From positions 96,001 to 160,000 of the forward strand of contig CAVPHD010000009.1 of assembly GCA_963704165.1 (NCBI GenBank): 64,000 bases of DNA, read 5' to 3'. Positions 35,039 through 43,313 of this stretch are shown in pieces. A model generated the notes under the pieces. That model ran no database searches. It had not been told where the DNA came from and saw only the letters and a list, made by a program, of their open reading frames with translations. Every line of letters starts with the position of its first letter. Within the stretch, counting starts at the first letter, position 1. This DNA comes from an uncultured delta proteobacterium. GTDB taxonomy: Bacteria > Myxococcota_A > UBA9160 > SZUA-336. The position numbers were made by a program, and so were the translations under genes.

Positions 35039-35743
35039 CTAGCTGGCGATCTGCGCCTGTAGATCCGTTGGATCGAGTCGAATGCCCGGCCCCATCGTCG
35101 AGGAGATCGAGACCTTCTTCATGTACACGCCCTTCGCCGAGGCCGGCTTCGCCCGAACGATCGCCTCGGTGATGCTGAGCAGATTCGCGCCCAATTGCTC
35201 CGGGGTGAAGCTGAGCTTTCCGAACGGCGCGTGGACGATGCCGTTCTTGTCCACCCTGAACTCGATCTTGCCCGCCTTCTGCTCCGAGACTGCGCGAGCG
35301 ATGTCCTGCGTCACGGTGCCGACCTTCGGATTGGGCATCAGGCCTCTAGGACCGAGAACGCGCCCGAGCTTGCCGACCACGCCCATCATGTCCGGCGTCG
35401 CCAGCACCCGGTCGAAATCCAGCCAACCTTCGTTGATCTTCGCAGCGAGATCGTCGCCACCGACCGCATCCGCTCCCGCCTCGCGCGCTTCGCGCTCCTT
35501 CTCGCCCTTCGCGAAGACGATCACCCGCGCCGACCTTCCGGTGCCGTGGGGGAGCGAGACCGCGCCGCGCACGTTCTGATCCGCGTGACGTGGATCGACG
35601 GAGAGATTGAACGCGACCTCTGCCGTTTCGTCGAACTTCGCGCGCTTGCTGGCCGAGAGCAGCGCGATCCCGTCGCGGAATGGATAGCTCCGGTCCCGTT
35701 CGATTCGTTCCGCAACCGTCTTGTACGTCTTCCCTCTTGCCAT
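35039..35743 (-). CDS. rplA: 50S ribosomal protein L1
   Basis: [30 protein letters not shown]. Confidence 0.98.
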   Translation of the reverse strand: MARGKTYKTVAERIERDRSYPFRDGIALLSASKRAKFDETAEVAFNLSVDPRHADQNVRGAVSLPHGTGRSARVIVFAKGEKEREAREAGADAVGGDDLAAKINEGWLDFDRVLATPDMMGVVGKLGRVLGPRGLMPNPKVGTVTQDIARAVSEQKAGKIEFRVDKNGIVHAPFGKLSFTPEQLGANLLSITEAIVRAKPASAKGVYMKKVSISSTMGPGIRLDPTDLQAQIAS

Positions 35744-35744
35744 G

Positions 35745-36171
35745 TCAGGCCTCTACCTCGATCCCCATCGAGCGCGCCGTGCCTTCGATGATGCGCATGG
35801 CGGCGTCGATGTCGTTGGCGTTCAGATCGGGCAGCTTGATCTGCGCGATCTCCTTCACCTGGGTGCGCGACACGCTCCCGACTTTGGTCTTGTTCGGCTC
35901 GCCCGATCCCTTCGCGAGCTTCGCGGCGCGCTTCAACAACACGGCCGCCGGTGGGGTCTTCAGGACGAACGTGAACGTTCGATCCGAGAAGATCGAAATC
36001 ACCGCAGGGATGATCAGATCCCTGCTGGTCTGCGGTACGTGCATTGAACGCCTTGCAGAACTCCATGATGTTCACGCCGTGCTGCCCTAGCGCCGGGCCG
36101 ACCGGTGGCGATGGATTGGCCGCACCGGCGGGACATTGGAGCTTCACGACCGCAATCATTTTCTTGGCCAT
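35745..36171 (-). CDS. rplK: 50S ribosomal protein L11 (apparent +1 frameshift near 36018)
   Basis: [25 protein letters not shown] in one frame; IIPAVI, KTPPAA, GTARSMG in the next. Confidence 0.96.
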
Positions 36172-36175
36172 TCGC

Positions 36176-36700
36176 TTAGACCTTCTCTACGTGCTCGTAC
36201 GACAGCCAAACGGGCGTCGCACGACCGAAAACCGCCACCAGGACCTGCACCTGCTCTTTCTCCGGTTTCACTTCACCCACGGTTCCCGAAAAGTTCGAGA
36301 ACGGGCCGTGGATCACCCGAACGCCCTCGCCCTCTTCGAACGTCACCATCGGCTTGGGCTTCGAGGCCTGCGTCTGCCCGAGCATGCGGCGGACGTCTTC
36401 CTCGGGGATCGGTGTGGGCTGCGAGCCCGAGCCCACGAACCCGCTGATCTTCGCCGTGTTCTTTACGATGTGCCACAACTCGTCGTCGAGCTGCATCTTG
36501 ACCAGCAGATAGCCGGGAAGGAACTTGCGCTTGCTCGTCCGGCGCTGCCCCTTCACGACCTCGACCACGTCCTCCTCGGGAATGACGATCTCTTCGAGCG
36601 CGGCTTCGCGGCTGAACTGCTTCGCGCGCTCGAGGAGCGACTGCTTTGCACGGGCCTCCTGCCCGGAGAAGGTGTGGATCACGTACCAGGACGCTGCCAC
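36176..36700 (-). CDS. nusG: Transcription factor NusG
   Basis: [23 protein letters not shown] motif [15 protein letters not shown]. Confidence 0.97.
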   Translation of the reverse strand: MAASWYVIHTFSGQEARAKQSLLERAKQFSREAALEEIVIPEEDVVEVVKGQRRTSKRKFLPGYLLVKMQLDDELWHIVKNTAKISGFVGSGSQPTPIPEEDVRRMLGQTQASKPKPMVTFEEGEGVRVIHGPFSNFSGTVGEVKPEKEQVQVLVAVFGRATPVWLSYEHVEKV

Positions 36701-36737
36701 TACATACCCCTCTCGCGCTGCGATGCCGACTCGTTCG

Positions 36738-36947
36738 TCACGGCCAGACCGTCCTCATGGTCCAAGCGAGGATCCCGTCGACCGCGAAGAGCGCGATCGC
36801 CACGACGGCCACGAGCACGATCACACCGATCGTTCCTCCCACCGTTTCCTTTTGCGTCGGCCATGTAACCTTCTTGAACTCGACTTGGACCTCGCCGAAA
36901 AACTCTCGCCCCTGCATCGCCCAGTCGACCGGGTTCTTGCTCTCCAC
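36738..36947 (-). CDS. secE: Preprotein translocase SecE
   Basis: EFKKVTWPT followed by a single TM helix. Confidence 0.95.
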   Translation of the reverse strand: MESKNPVDWAMQGREFFGEVQVEFKKVTWPTQKETVGGTIGVIVLVAVVAIALFAVDGILAWTMRTVWP

Positions 36948-36977
36948 GACGCCACCTCACACGAACTGCCCGGACGT

Positions 36978-37053
36978 TGGCAGGTCAGGAGGGACTCGAA
37001 CCCCCAACCTGCGGTTTTGGAGACCGCTGCTCTACCAGTTGAGCTACTGACCT
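36978..37053 (-). tRNA. tRNA-Trp(CCA)
   Basis: AGGTCAG acceptor stem, CT-CCA-AA loop, GTTCGAG T-loop, encoded CCA end. Confidence 0.96.
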
Positions 37054-37068
37054 GCACGAACCGTCGCG

Positions 37069-38259
37069 TTACTCGATCACTTCGGCGACGACGCCGGCGC
37101 CGACCGTGCGGCCACCTTCGCGGATCGCGAAGCGAAGACCCTGGACCATCGCGATCGGGGTGATCAGATCCACCTTGATCGCGATGTTGTCACCAGGCAT
37201 CACCATCTCCGTCCCCTCCGGCAACTCCACGATCCCCGTCACGTCCGTCGTCCGAAAATAAAACTGCGGACGGTACCCCTTGAAGAACGGCGTATGACGA
37301 CCCCCCTCTTCCTTCGTCAGCACGTAGACCTCCGCCTTGAACTTCGTGTGAGGCGTGATCGAGCCCGGCTTCGCCAACACCTGACCCCGCTCCACCTCTT
37401 CCTTCTTCGTACCGCGAAGCAGACACCCGATGTTGTCTCCCGCCTGACCCTCGTCCAACAACTTCCGGAACATCTCCACACCCGTGACCACCGTCTTCGT
37501 CGTCGGCTTCACACCCACGATCTCGACCTCGTCTCCCGTGTGCACCTTCCCCTGCTCCACGCGACCCGTCACCACCGTCCCGCGTCCCGAAATCGAAAAC
37601 ACGTCCTCGATCGGCATCAGGAACGGCTTGTCCAACGCCCGCTTCGGCTCCGGGATCCAGCTGTCCAACGCGTCCATCAACTCGTCGATGCACGCGTTCG
37701 CACCATCGTCCGCCGAGTTCTGACCCGCCTTCAACGCGCTCCCGCGAATGATCGGCACGTCGTCCCCGCGGAAATCGTTCTTCGACAACAACTCCCGAAC
37801 CTCGAGCTCCACCAGCTCCAAAAGCTCCGGGTCGTCCACCATGTCCACCTTGTTCAGAAACACCACCATGTGCGGCACGTTCACCTGCTTCGCCAGCAAG
37901 ACGTGCTCCCGCGTCTGAGGCATCGGACCGTCGGCCGCCGACACCACCAAGATCGCTCCGTCCATCTGCGCCGCACCCGTGATCATGTTCTTCACGTAGT
38001 CCGCGTGACCCGGACAGTCCACGTGTGCGTAATGACGAGCCTTCGACTCGTACTCCACGTGCGCCGTCGCAATCGTGATCCCGCGCTCCCGCTCCTCCGG
38101 CGCCTTGTCGATCTGGTCAAACGCCAGCTTCTGAGCCATCCCCTTCGTCGCCTGACGCGACGTGATCGCCGCCGTCAACGTCGTCTTCCCGTGATCTACG
38201 TGACCAATCGTCCCCACGTTCACGTGAGGCTTCGTTCGCTCGAACTTCTCCTTGGACAT
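37069..38259 (-). CDS. tuf: Elongation factor Tu, tRNA-cluster copy (intact, 396 aa)
   Basis: Complete EF-Tu motifs; near-identical to 21164-22355. Confidence 0.99.
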   Translation of the reverse strand: MSKEKFERTKPHVNVGTIGHVDHGKTTLTAAITSRQATKGMAQKLAFDQIDKAPEERERGITIATAHVEYESKARHYAHVDCPGHADYVKNMITGAAQMDGAILVVSAADGPMPQTREHVLLAKQVNVPHMVVFLNKVDMVDDPELLELVELEVRELLSKNDFRGDDVPIIRGSALKAGQNSADDGANACIDELMDALDSWIPEPKRALDKPFLMPIEDVFSISGRGTVVTGRVEQGKVHTGDEVEIVGVKPTTKTVVTGVEMFRKLLDEGQAGDNIGCLLRGTKKEEVERGQVLAKPGSITPHTKFKAEVYVLTKEEGGRHTPFFKGYRPQFYFRTTDVTGIVELPEGTEMVMPGDNIAIKVDLITPIAMVQGLRFAIREGGRTVGAGVVAEVIE

Positions 38260-38309
38260 GTCTTGCTCGTCTTCCCTCTCTCAGCGCGTTGTGAGTTCTG
38301 CCGTTCGTC

Positions 38310-38386
38310 TGGAGCCCATGGGCGGAGTCGAACCGCCTACCTCGTCCTTACCAAGGACGCGCTCTAACCATCTGAGCTACATGGGC
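38310..38386 (-). tRNA. tRNA-Thr(GGT)
   Basis: GCCCATG acceptor, CGTCC-TT-GGT-AA-GGACG anticodon arm, encoded CCA. Confidence 0.96.
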
Positions 38387-38414
38387 ACCCGATAGTCCCC
38401 GCACCTCGCGAGCC

Positions 38415-38491
38415 TGGAGCGGGAAACGGGACTCGAACCCGCGACCCCAAGCTTGGAAGGCTTGTGCTCTAGCCAACTGAGCTATTCCCGC
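38415..38491 (-). tRNA. tRNA-Gly(TCC)
   Basis: GCGGGAA acceptor, CAAGC-CT-TCC-AA-GCTTG arm, encoded CCA. Confidence 0.96.
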
Positions 38492-38542
38492 CTGAAACCT
38501 TTCTGTGTACGCCTCCGCGCGATGTCGTCGAACGATTCTGCG

Positions 38543-38628
38543 TGGTGGAGAGGGGAGGATTCGAACCTCCGAAGGCTAATGCCAACGGGTTTACAGCCCG
38601 TCCCATTTGACCGCTTTGGTACCTCTCC
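38543..38628 (-). tRNA. tRNA-Tyr(GTA)
   Basis: GGAGAGG acceptor, ACGGG-CT-GTA-AA-CCCGT arm, long variable arm, encoded CCA. Confidence 0.96.
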
Positions 38629-38808
38629 CAGTGAATCCGGGCTGTTCGAATCCGCGCGTGCGCGCGCAAAAAAAACCCCGCCCCGCCGAGGACCCCTGTT
38701 CACTCGCGTTGCCGGGAAACCGTCTCTATTCTGTGTCGCTCGTCTTCTTGACCGGACCGGTCGTCGGCTCGATCTTCGTCCCCTGACCCTCCGGCGCATC
38801 GCGCACGG

Positions 38809-38881
38809 AGCTGGCGAGGGGACTCGAACCTCCAACCTGCTGATTACAAGTCAGCTGCTCTACCAATTGAGCTACGCCAGC
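38809..38881 (-). tRNA. tRNA-Thr(TGT), CCA not encoded
   Basis: GCTGGCG acceptor, GCTGA-CT-TGT-AA-TCAGC arm; followed by CCG; one A-C mismatch in the T-stem. Confidence 0.93.
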
Positions 38882-38897
38882 GCAAGCCGCGAGTGTA

Positions 38898-39695
38898 TCA
38901 GGAGATTTCGTTCGTGCCACCGCGCACCTGCGAGCCCTCGTGCGCTCGAAGGTTCGGTCCGGTCTTCGCGTCCCTTTCGCCCGCCCGTCGGACCTCGGCC
39001 GTTCGTAGCAGCAGGTATGCGGCCGCCGCAGAGACGCCAAGAGATGCGGTCCGACCGGTCATCGGGATCCCGACGGATCCAGCCGCTCGACTCCGCACGC
39101 CGGGCCGGACCCCTCGATCTTCACTCCCGAACACCCAGATCACGTTTCCTCGCAAGAGCTCCGCCGACACGCGCTCCATCGGCTCACCGCCCGCCTCGGC
39201 GATCAGGATCAGGTTCCCCTCTTCTGCCGCCAGGTCGAGAGCCCGTCCGAGATTGGGGGTGCGTCCCACGCGAAGGTGCTCGAGCGCCCCAGCGCTCGCG
39301 CGCAGGGCGCCAGCCGCTATGGGAGGAGCGTGGCGGTGTTCGAGGATGATCCCGCTGGCACCCGCCGCCTCCGCGGTACGCGCGATGCTCCCGAGGTTGC
39401 CGACGTCGGTAATACGGTCGAGCGCGACGAGCAGCCGCGGCGACTCGCCCGTGAGCAGCGCTTCGAAGTCCTCTTCCGGGAAGGGATCGGCCAGCGCGCG
39501 AACACCCTGCTCGGGCCGAGATGGGCGAACTCGGAGCTCGAAACCCGCAAGCAGGGTCTCGAGCTCACGGCGCGCGGGACTCCCATCCCCCTTTGGGAGC
39601 GAGATCTCGTGAATCCTGCGGCGCCCAGCACGCAGCGCCTCGATCACTGGCCGTGCCCCCTCGATCACGGCTAGCTTCGACCCCGACTCCCGCAT
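38898..39695 (-). CDS. rlmB: SpoU/TrmH-family RNA methyltransferase (RlmB-like)
   Basis: LDRITDVGNLGSIARTA, FGSEDRG, IPMTGRTASLGVSAAA; start inferred. Confidence 0.85.
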   Translation of the reverse strand: MRESGSKLAVIEGARPVIEALRAGRRRIHEISLPKGDGSPARRELETLLAGFELRVRPSRPEQGVRALADPFPEEDFEALLTGESPRLLVALDRITDVGNLGSIARTAEAAGASGIILEHRHAPPIAAGALRASAGALEHLRVGRTPNLGRALDLAAEEGNLILIAEAGGEPMERVSAELLRGNVIWVFGSEDRGVRPGVRSRAAGSVGIPMTGRTASLGVSAAAAYLLLRTAEVRRAGERDAKTGPNLRAHEGSQVRGGTNEIS

Positions 39696-39839
39696 GCCGC
39701 AACTGTACTCCGCGGCGCGCGCAGAGCCCGCAAGTGAGGTCCGGCCGTAAACGCGCCCATCTTCAGGATCGAGATCCCCGGCGGGAGACCTCCGTCGCAG
39801 CTTCTCGAGTGGCTGCCCCCGGGCGGATCTCCCCATCTA

Positions 39840-41093
39840 TTGGACGCCCTCGGCCCCGCGGGCTGGGGCTCGTGTCCCGGAAGCGACGGACCGGGCACGG
39901 GCCTCCTCGCTCTCGAACCCGAGGTGGTCTTCGCCGGCGGATTCGCGGCGCTGCGCGAGGCCCGGCGCTGGCTCGACGACGCGCGATGCGAGGCCCCCCT
40001 GGGAGCGGTTCTCGTCGGCTGCATCGACTACGAGCTCGGCCTCGAGATCTGCGGCGGACGCGTGAGCTCGAAACCCGGAAGCGCATCGGCACCGGTTCGC
40101 CTCGCCGGATTCCGCGCGGTCTACCGGTATGACTGGCGAACCGGCGACGCGGAGGTCCGCGGCAGCTCGCGCCGAGCCGTCGATCGGCTCGCAGATGCGA
40201 TCGCGGTTGCGAAGCCGGGAGCGCGTTCCGCATGCGTGCCGCTCCGCCCTCCGGTTTCCCGCACCACGGACCTCGAATTCGCCGCGGCCATCGAGCGCGT
40301 GAAGGCCTACATCCGCGCGGGCGACGTCTACCAGGTCAACCTGTCGCGTCGATTGGAGACCGCCGCACCGAAGCCCGCCGACCAGCGTCGACTCCTCGGC
40401 CTTCTCGCGGATCGCGCTGGCGCGCCGTTCACCGCCTACCTCGAAACACCCGAGCAGACGGTGGTCTCGGCTTCACCCGAGTGCTTTCTGCGAGTGTCGG
40501 GCGATCGCGTACAGACCTGCCCGATCAAGGGCACGCGCCCCCGCGGTCGCACGCCTGCGCTCGACTCGATCCTCCTCAAGGAGCTCGAGAGCTCTGCGAA
40601 GGATCGCGCGGAGCACGTGATGATCGTGGACCTCGAGCGAAACGACCTCGGCCGCGTCTGCGAAACCGGAAGCGTGCGGGTCACCCGGCTCTGCGAACCG
40701 CGATCGTTCAGCGACGTCCACCACCTCGTTTCGTGCGTGAGCGGGAGGCTGCGCAACCCACGCGACTGGCCGAGCCTGCTCGAGGCCACCTTTCCCGGCG
40801 GATCGATTACCGGCGCACCGAAGCTTCGCGCGATGCAGATCATCGGCGAGCTCGAGCCGGTTCCGCGCGGTGTCTACACCGGCGCGCTCGGCGTCTTCGA
40901 TTCCGTCGGCGACGTGGACCTCTCGATTGCGATCCGAACGGCGGTGTCGAGCGGGAGCGAGATGCACCTCCATCTCGGCGGCGGAATCGTCGCGGATTCG
41001 GACGTCGCGGAAGAGCTGCGCGAGACTCGCGACAAGGGACGAGCCTTCTCTCGCAGCTGGGAGTTCGAGGAGCGGACGAACTCGGCCGAGTAA
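39840..41093 (+). CDS. Chorismate-binding enzyme (aminodeoxychorismate synthase component I / PabB-like); true start may be further upstream, near 39734
   Basis: GDVYQVNLS, SPECFL, PIKGTRPRG, AEHVMIVDLERNDLGRVC, FPGGSITGAPKLRAM, IAIRT. Confidence 0.88.
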   Translation: MDALGPAGWGSCPGSDGPGTGLLALEPEVVFAGGFAALREARRWLDDARCEAPLGAVLVGCIDYELGLEICGGRVSSKPGSASAPVRLAGFRAVYRYDWRTGDAEVRGSSRRAVDRLADAIAVAKPGARSACVPLRPPVSRTTDLEFAAAIERVKAYIRAGDVYQVNLSRRLETAAPKPADQRRLLGLLADRAGAPFTAYLETPEQTVVSASPECFLRVSGDRVQTCPIKGTRPRGRTPALDSILLKELESSAKDRAEHVMIVDLERNDLGRVCETGSVRVTRLCEPRSFSDVHHLVSCVSGRLRNPRDWPSLLEATFPGGSITGAPKLRAMQIIGELEPVPRGVYTGALGVFDSVGDVDLSIAIRTAVSSGSEMHLHLGGGIVADSDVAEELRETRDKGRAFSRSWEFEERTNSAE

Positions 41094-41205
41094 CCCTCTC
41101 GAGAGTCGCCTGGAGCTCGATCGAACGCGGTCTTCCCACGACGATCTGCCTCAAGCACGCGAGAACGCGCTCCGAAGAGCGAAACGAGGCTTCGGAGGGG
41201 TCGTG

Positions 41206-41763
41206 ATGAAACAGGCGGAGACGATACGGGACGAGACGGGAATCGCCCCGATCGCGCCGGAATCGACCGATTCGACGCCTGGCTGGCGCACGATTCCGCT
41301 CGCGGGTGCTCGTGTCGGTACCGCTCGCCCACCCGAGCCACAGCGCCGAACCGATTCCCGTATTCATGCCGACTTCCAGCTCGAACTGACTTCGATCGAC
41401 GCGTCGCGCGACGCGATGAGCGGCGATCTGTTCTTCGCGACGAGCGCGGACGAGCACACGCGAAATCTCTCACGACGAGGGATGTGCGTCCGTTGCGAAC
41501 GTCCCCCGACGATCGGCACACGTGTGCTCCTGCAATTGCGCCTTCCCGGAGAAGCCTCGATCGACGTGATCGGACAGACGCGCTGGACGCGCGTCGAGTT
41601 CGAGCCGGGCGAGCATGGTTCACGCGCGTACGCGCTCGTCGGAATCGAGCTGCTCGGCGGCGCGCCGCGCGCACTCGATCGCTACGACCGAGCGCTGGGC
41701 CGTTTGCTCGCGCTCGACGACAGCCCAAACACCCCGGTTGCCTCCGTCGGGAACCGCCGATAG
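41206..41763 (+). CDS. PilZ-domain protein
   Basis: RRTDSR (RxxxR) and NLSRRG (D/NxSxxG) motifs, GQTRW; GGAGGGG RBS upstream. Confidence 0.75.
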   Translation: MKQAETIRDETGIAPIAPESTDSTPGWRTIPLAGARVGTARPPEPQRRTDSRIHADFQLELTSIDASRDAMSGDLFFATSADEHTRNLSRRGMCVRCERPPTIGTRVLLQLRLPGEASIDVIGQTRWTRVEFEPGEHGSRAYALVGIELLGGAPRALDRYDRALGRLLALDDSPNTPVASVGNRR

Positions 41764-41819
41764 CATGCCACGAGATGCGCAGCTCGAAGTCACCGGGAAT
41801 GTTTCGTTGGATCCGCGGA

Positions 41820-42080
41820 ATGCGGACCTTCGAGGTCGATCCTGAACGGCTCCGCGCGCGGCGAGTGAGCGCGATCATTCGCTCGATCCAGCGCGATCTC
41901 GACGAAGGTGGTCGCGCGTACGTCCGCCAGATCATGAACGGGCCCGAGTTGTTTCGCCTCGAACTCGAGCGCCCCGACTGGCGGTATCAGAGGACGACGA
42001 TTCTCGACCGCGATACGCTGCGATCGCTGCTCGAAGCCACGCCCGTCGAGACCGTTCGCTCCTCGATGCGCTTCCGCTAG
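41820..42080 (+). CDS. Hypothetical protein (~86 aa)
   Basis: Protein-like composition, fills the gap between the PilZ gene and tRNA-Leu; start uncertain. Confidence 0.6.
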   Translation: MRTFEVDPERLRARRVSAIIRSIQRDLDEGGRAYVRQIMNGPELFRLELERPDWRYQRTTILDRDTLRSLLEATPVETVRSSMRFR

Positions 42081-42110
42081 CGAGGAATCGCTCGACGACG
42101 GGACATCCGG

Positions 42111-42458
42111 TGCCCGGAGCGGGGCTCGAACCCGCATGAGGCTCGCGCCTCAAAGGATTTTACGCGTGTCCGGAGATTTCTCTCCGGGGCGGACTATCTC
42201 TTCACCCCACGTCGCGCGACGCTCGCCGCGAACCTGGGGTGCTGGGCGCTCTTCGGCGGGGATTATCGTTGGGGCTCACCCCGCTAGTCTCTGCACCTTC
42301 CGCGGAACCTCTGCCCTCCGCGGCTTGGCTCAGGATTACCCTGCGTGCGCGGTCGCTCGTTTAGGCTTCCCTGAGTTCACCCAGTTTCTTACCCGCGTGT
42401 TGCCACGCGGGAGACCCATCCTCGAGTCCCTCGTGTCTACCTGTTCCACCATCCGGGC
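42111..42458 (-). tRNA. tRNA-Leu(TAA) interrupted by a group I intron (exons 42425-42458 and 42111-42162)
   Basis: Joined exons give acceptor GCCCGGA/TCCGGGC, anticodon arm AGGGA-CT-TAA-AA-TCCTT, long variable arm TGAGGC/GCCTCA, GTTCGAG T-loop, discriminator A. Confidence 0.93.
42163..42424 (-). ncRNA. Group I self-splicing intron, 262 nt, no ORF
   Basis: 5' exon ends in U, intron ends in G; P1 GGGACU/GGUCUC with U-G at the splice site; P2 with GCAA loop; P3 CUGGG/CCCAG; P4 CUCAGG/CCUGAG; R GUGCAGAGACUA and S AAGAGAUAGUCC (P7 GACUA/UAGUC); P9 with GAAA loop. Confidence 0.93.
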
Positions 42459-42511
42459 ATCGACAGCGTAGCGCGAACTGAAGCGACGGGTGTGCCGGGC
42501 TGGAGTGGAGA

Positions 42512-42582
42512 AGGCGCCGCCCGGATTCGAACCGGGGATAAAGGCTTTGCAGGCCTCTGCCTTACCACTTGGCCACGGCGCC
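42512..42582 (-). tRNA. tRNA-Cys(GCA), CCA not directly encoded
   Basis: GGCGCCG acceptor, GAGGC-CT-GCA-AA-GCCTT arm, GTTCGAA T-loop, discriminator U. Confidence 0.95.
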
Positions 42583-42624
42583 GACGGAGAAGCACCTACC
42601 ATATACGGATTCGAGGGAGTGCCT

Positions 42625-43080
42625 TCAAGACAGCGCGTCGAGTCCGGGAGCACGCGCGCGGGAGAAACCGATGCGCACGAGCACCCCGTCGGCATCGAGA
42701 TCGACCGCTTCGAAGAGTTCCGTCTGAGCGCGGCGCGTGAACCGGGCCTCGAATCCGCTCGCCAGCGTGCAGCGAAGCGTTCCGTCGAGATCGACGCGGA
42801 GCGTCTCCGCGAGGAGCGGTTCGCGCGATCGGTCCGAGAGCGCGAGATCACCGGTCGCCTCGTCGTAAGAGTCGACGAAGAAGGCCGTGTCCTCGACGTC
42901 GAGCCAGCCGCGAAATCGGCCGATCTGCACGACGAAGGTCTGCTCGGTCGATGCCCAGCGCACGCCCGCGAGGAACGCCTCCCGAAGCCGCGCATGCGTT
43001 ACGCGTACTCCTTGGTGCCAGAAGCTCCCGTCGCGGCGAAGGACGAGCCCGAACGGCGCGAGCGGATGTGGGCCGCTCAG
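42625..43080 (-). CDS. Hypothetical protein, DUF1285-like
   Basis: DGSFWHQG...VTH, LDVEDTAFFV, ARFTRRA resemble DUF1285 proteins (recognised by eye); start uncertain. Confidence 0.6.
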   Translation of the reverse strand: MSGPHPLAPFGLVLRRDGSFWHQGVRVTHARLREAFLAGVRWASTEQTFVVQIGRFRGWLDVEDTAFFVDSYDEATGDLALSDRSREPLLAETLRVDLDGTLRCTLASGFEARFTRRAQTELFEAVDLDADGVLVRIGFSRARAPGLDALS

Positions 43081-43313
43081 AGCGACTCCCGCGTCACGCT
43101 CCCGTCGGCCGAGGCGCCAAGGACGCCGCGACAGTCGTAGCGATGCCAGTACACGATCCGACTCGCGCCGTGCTCGAGCCGGTAGATCCACTTCTCGTTC
43201 CAGCGCACGCCGTTCTCTTCGTACGTGCGCGGGTCGTTCACACTGCCGACGACCTCGTCCGGAATCCCGAACCGCTCGCGGACGGAGCCATGTGTCAGCT
43301 CGCTAGCGGTCAC
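43077..43313 (-). CDS. Hypothetical protein (78 aa)
   Basis: Overlaps the nuoD stop and the next gene; protein-like sequence RFGIPD...NEKWIY. Confidence 0.65.
   Translation of the reverse strand: MTASELTHGSVRERFGIPDEVVGSVNDPRTYEENGVRWNEKWIYRLEHGASRIVYWHRYDCRGVLGASADGSVTRESL

Noticed and set aside
38629..38808. Spacer between tRNA-Thr and tRNA-Tyr with a G-rich run and a U-tract (possible terminator or ncRNA)
   Set aside because: No convincing complementary 5' arm and no recognisable RNA motif; cannot be supported
41094..41205. c-di-GMP riboswitch upstream of the PilZ gene
   Set aside because: The conserved class I and class II motifs are not recognisable; only a simple hairpin is present
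38900..42110. Genomic island integrated at a tRNA
   Set aside because: No integrase, no duplicated tRNA 3' end, and no visible compositional shift
42163..42424. Homing endonuclease in the intron, and ORFs overlapping the tRNA-Leu/Cys region
   Set aside because: The intron is only 262 nt and is fully accounted for by RNA structure; overlapping ORFs have no recognisable motifs
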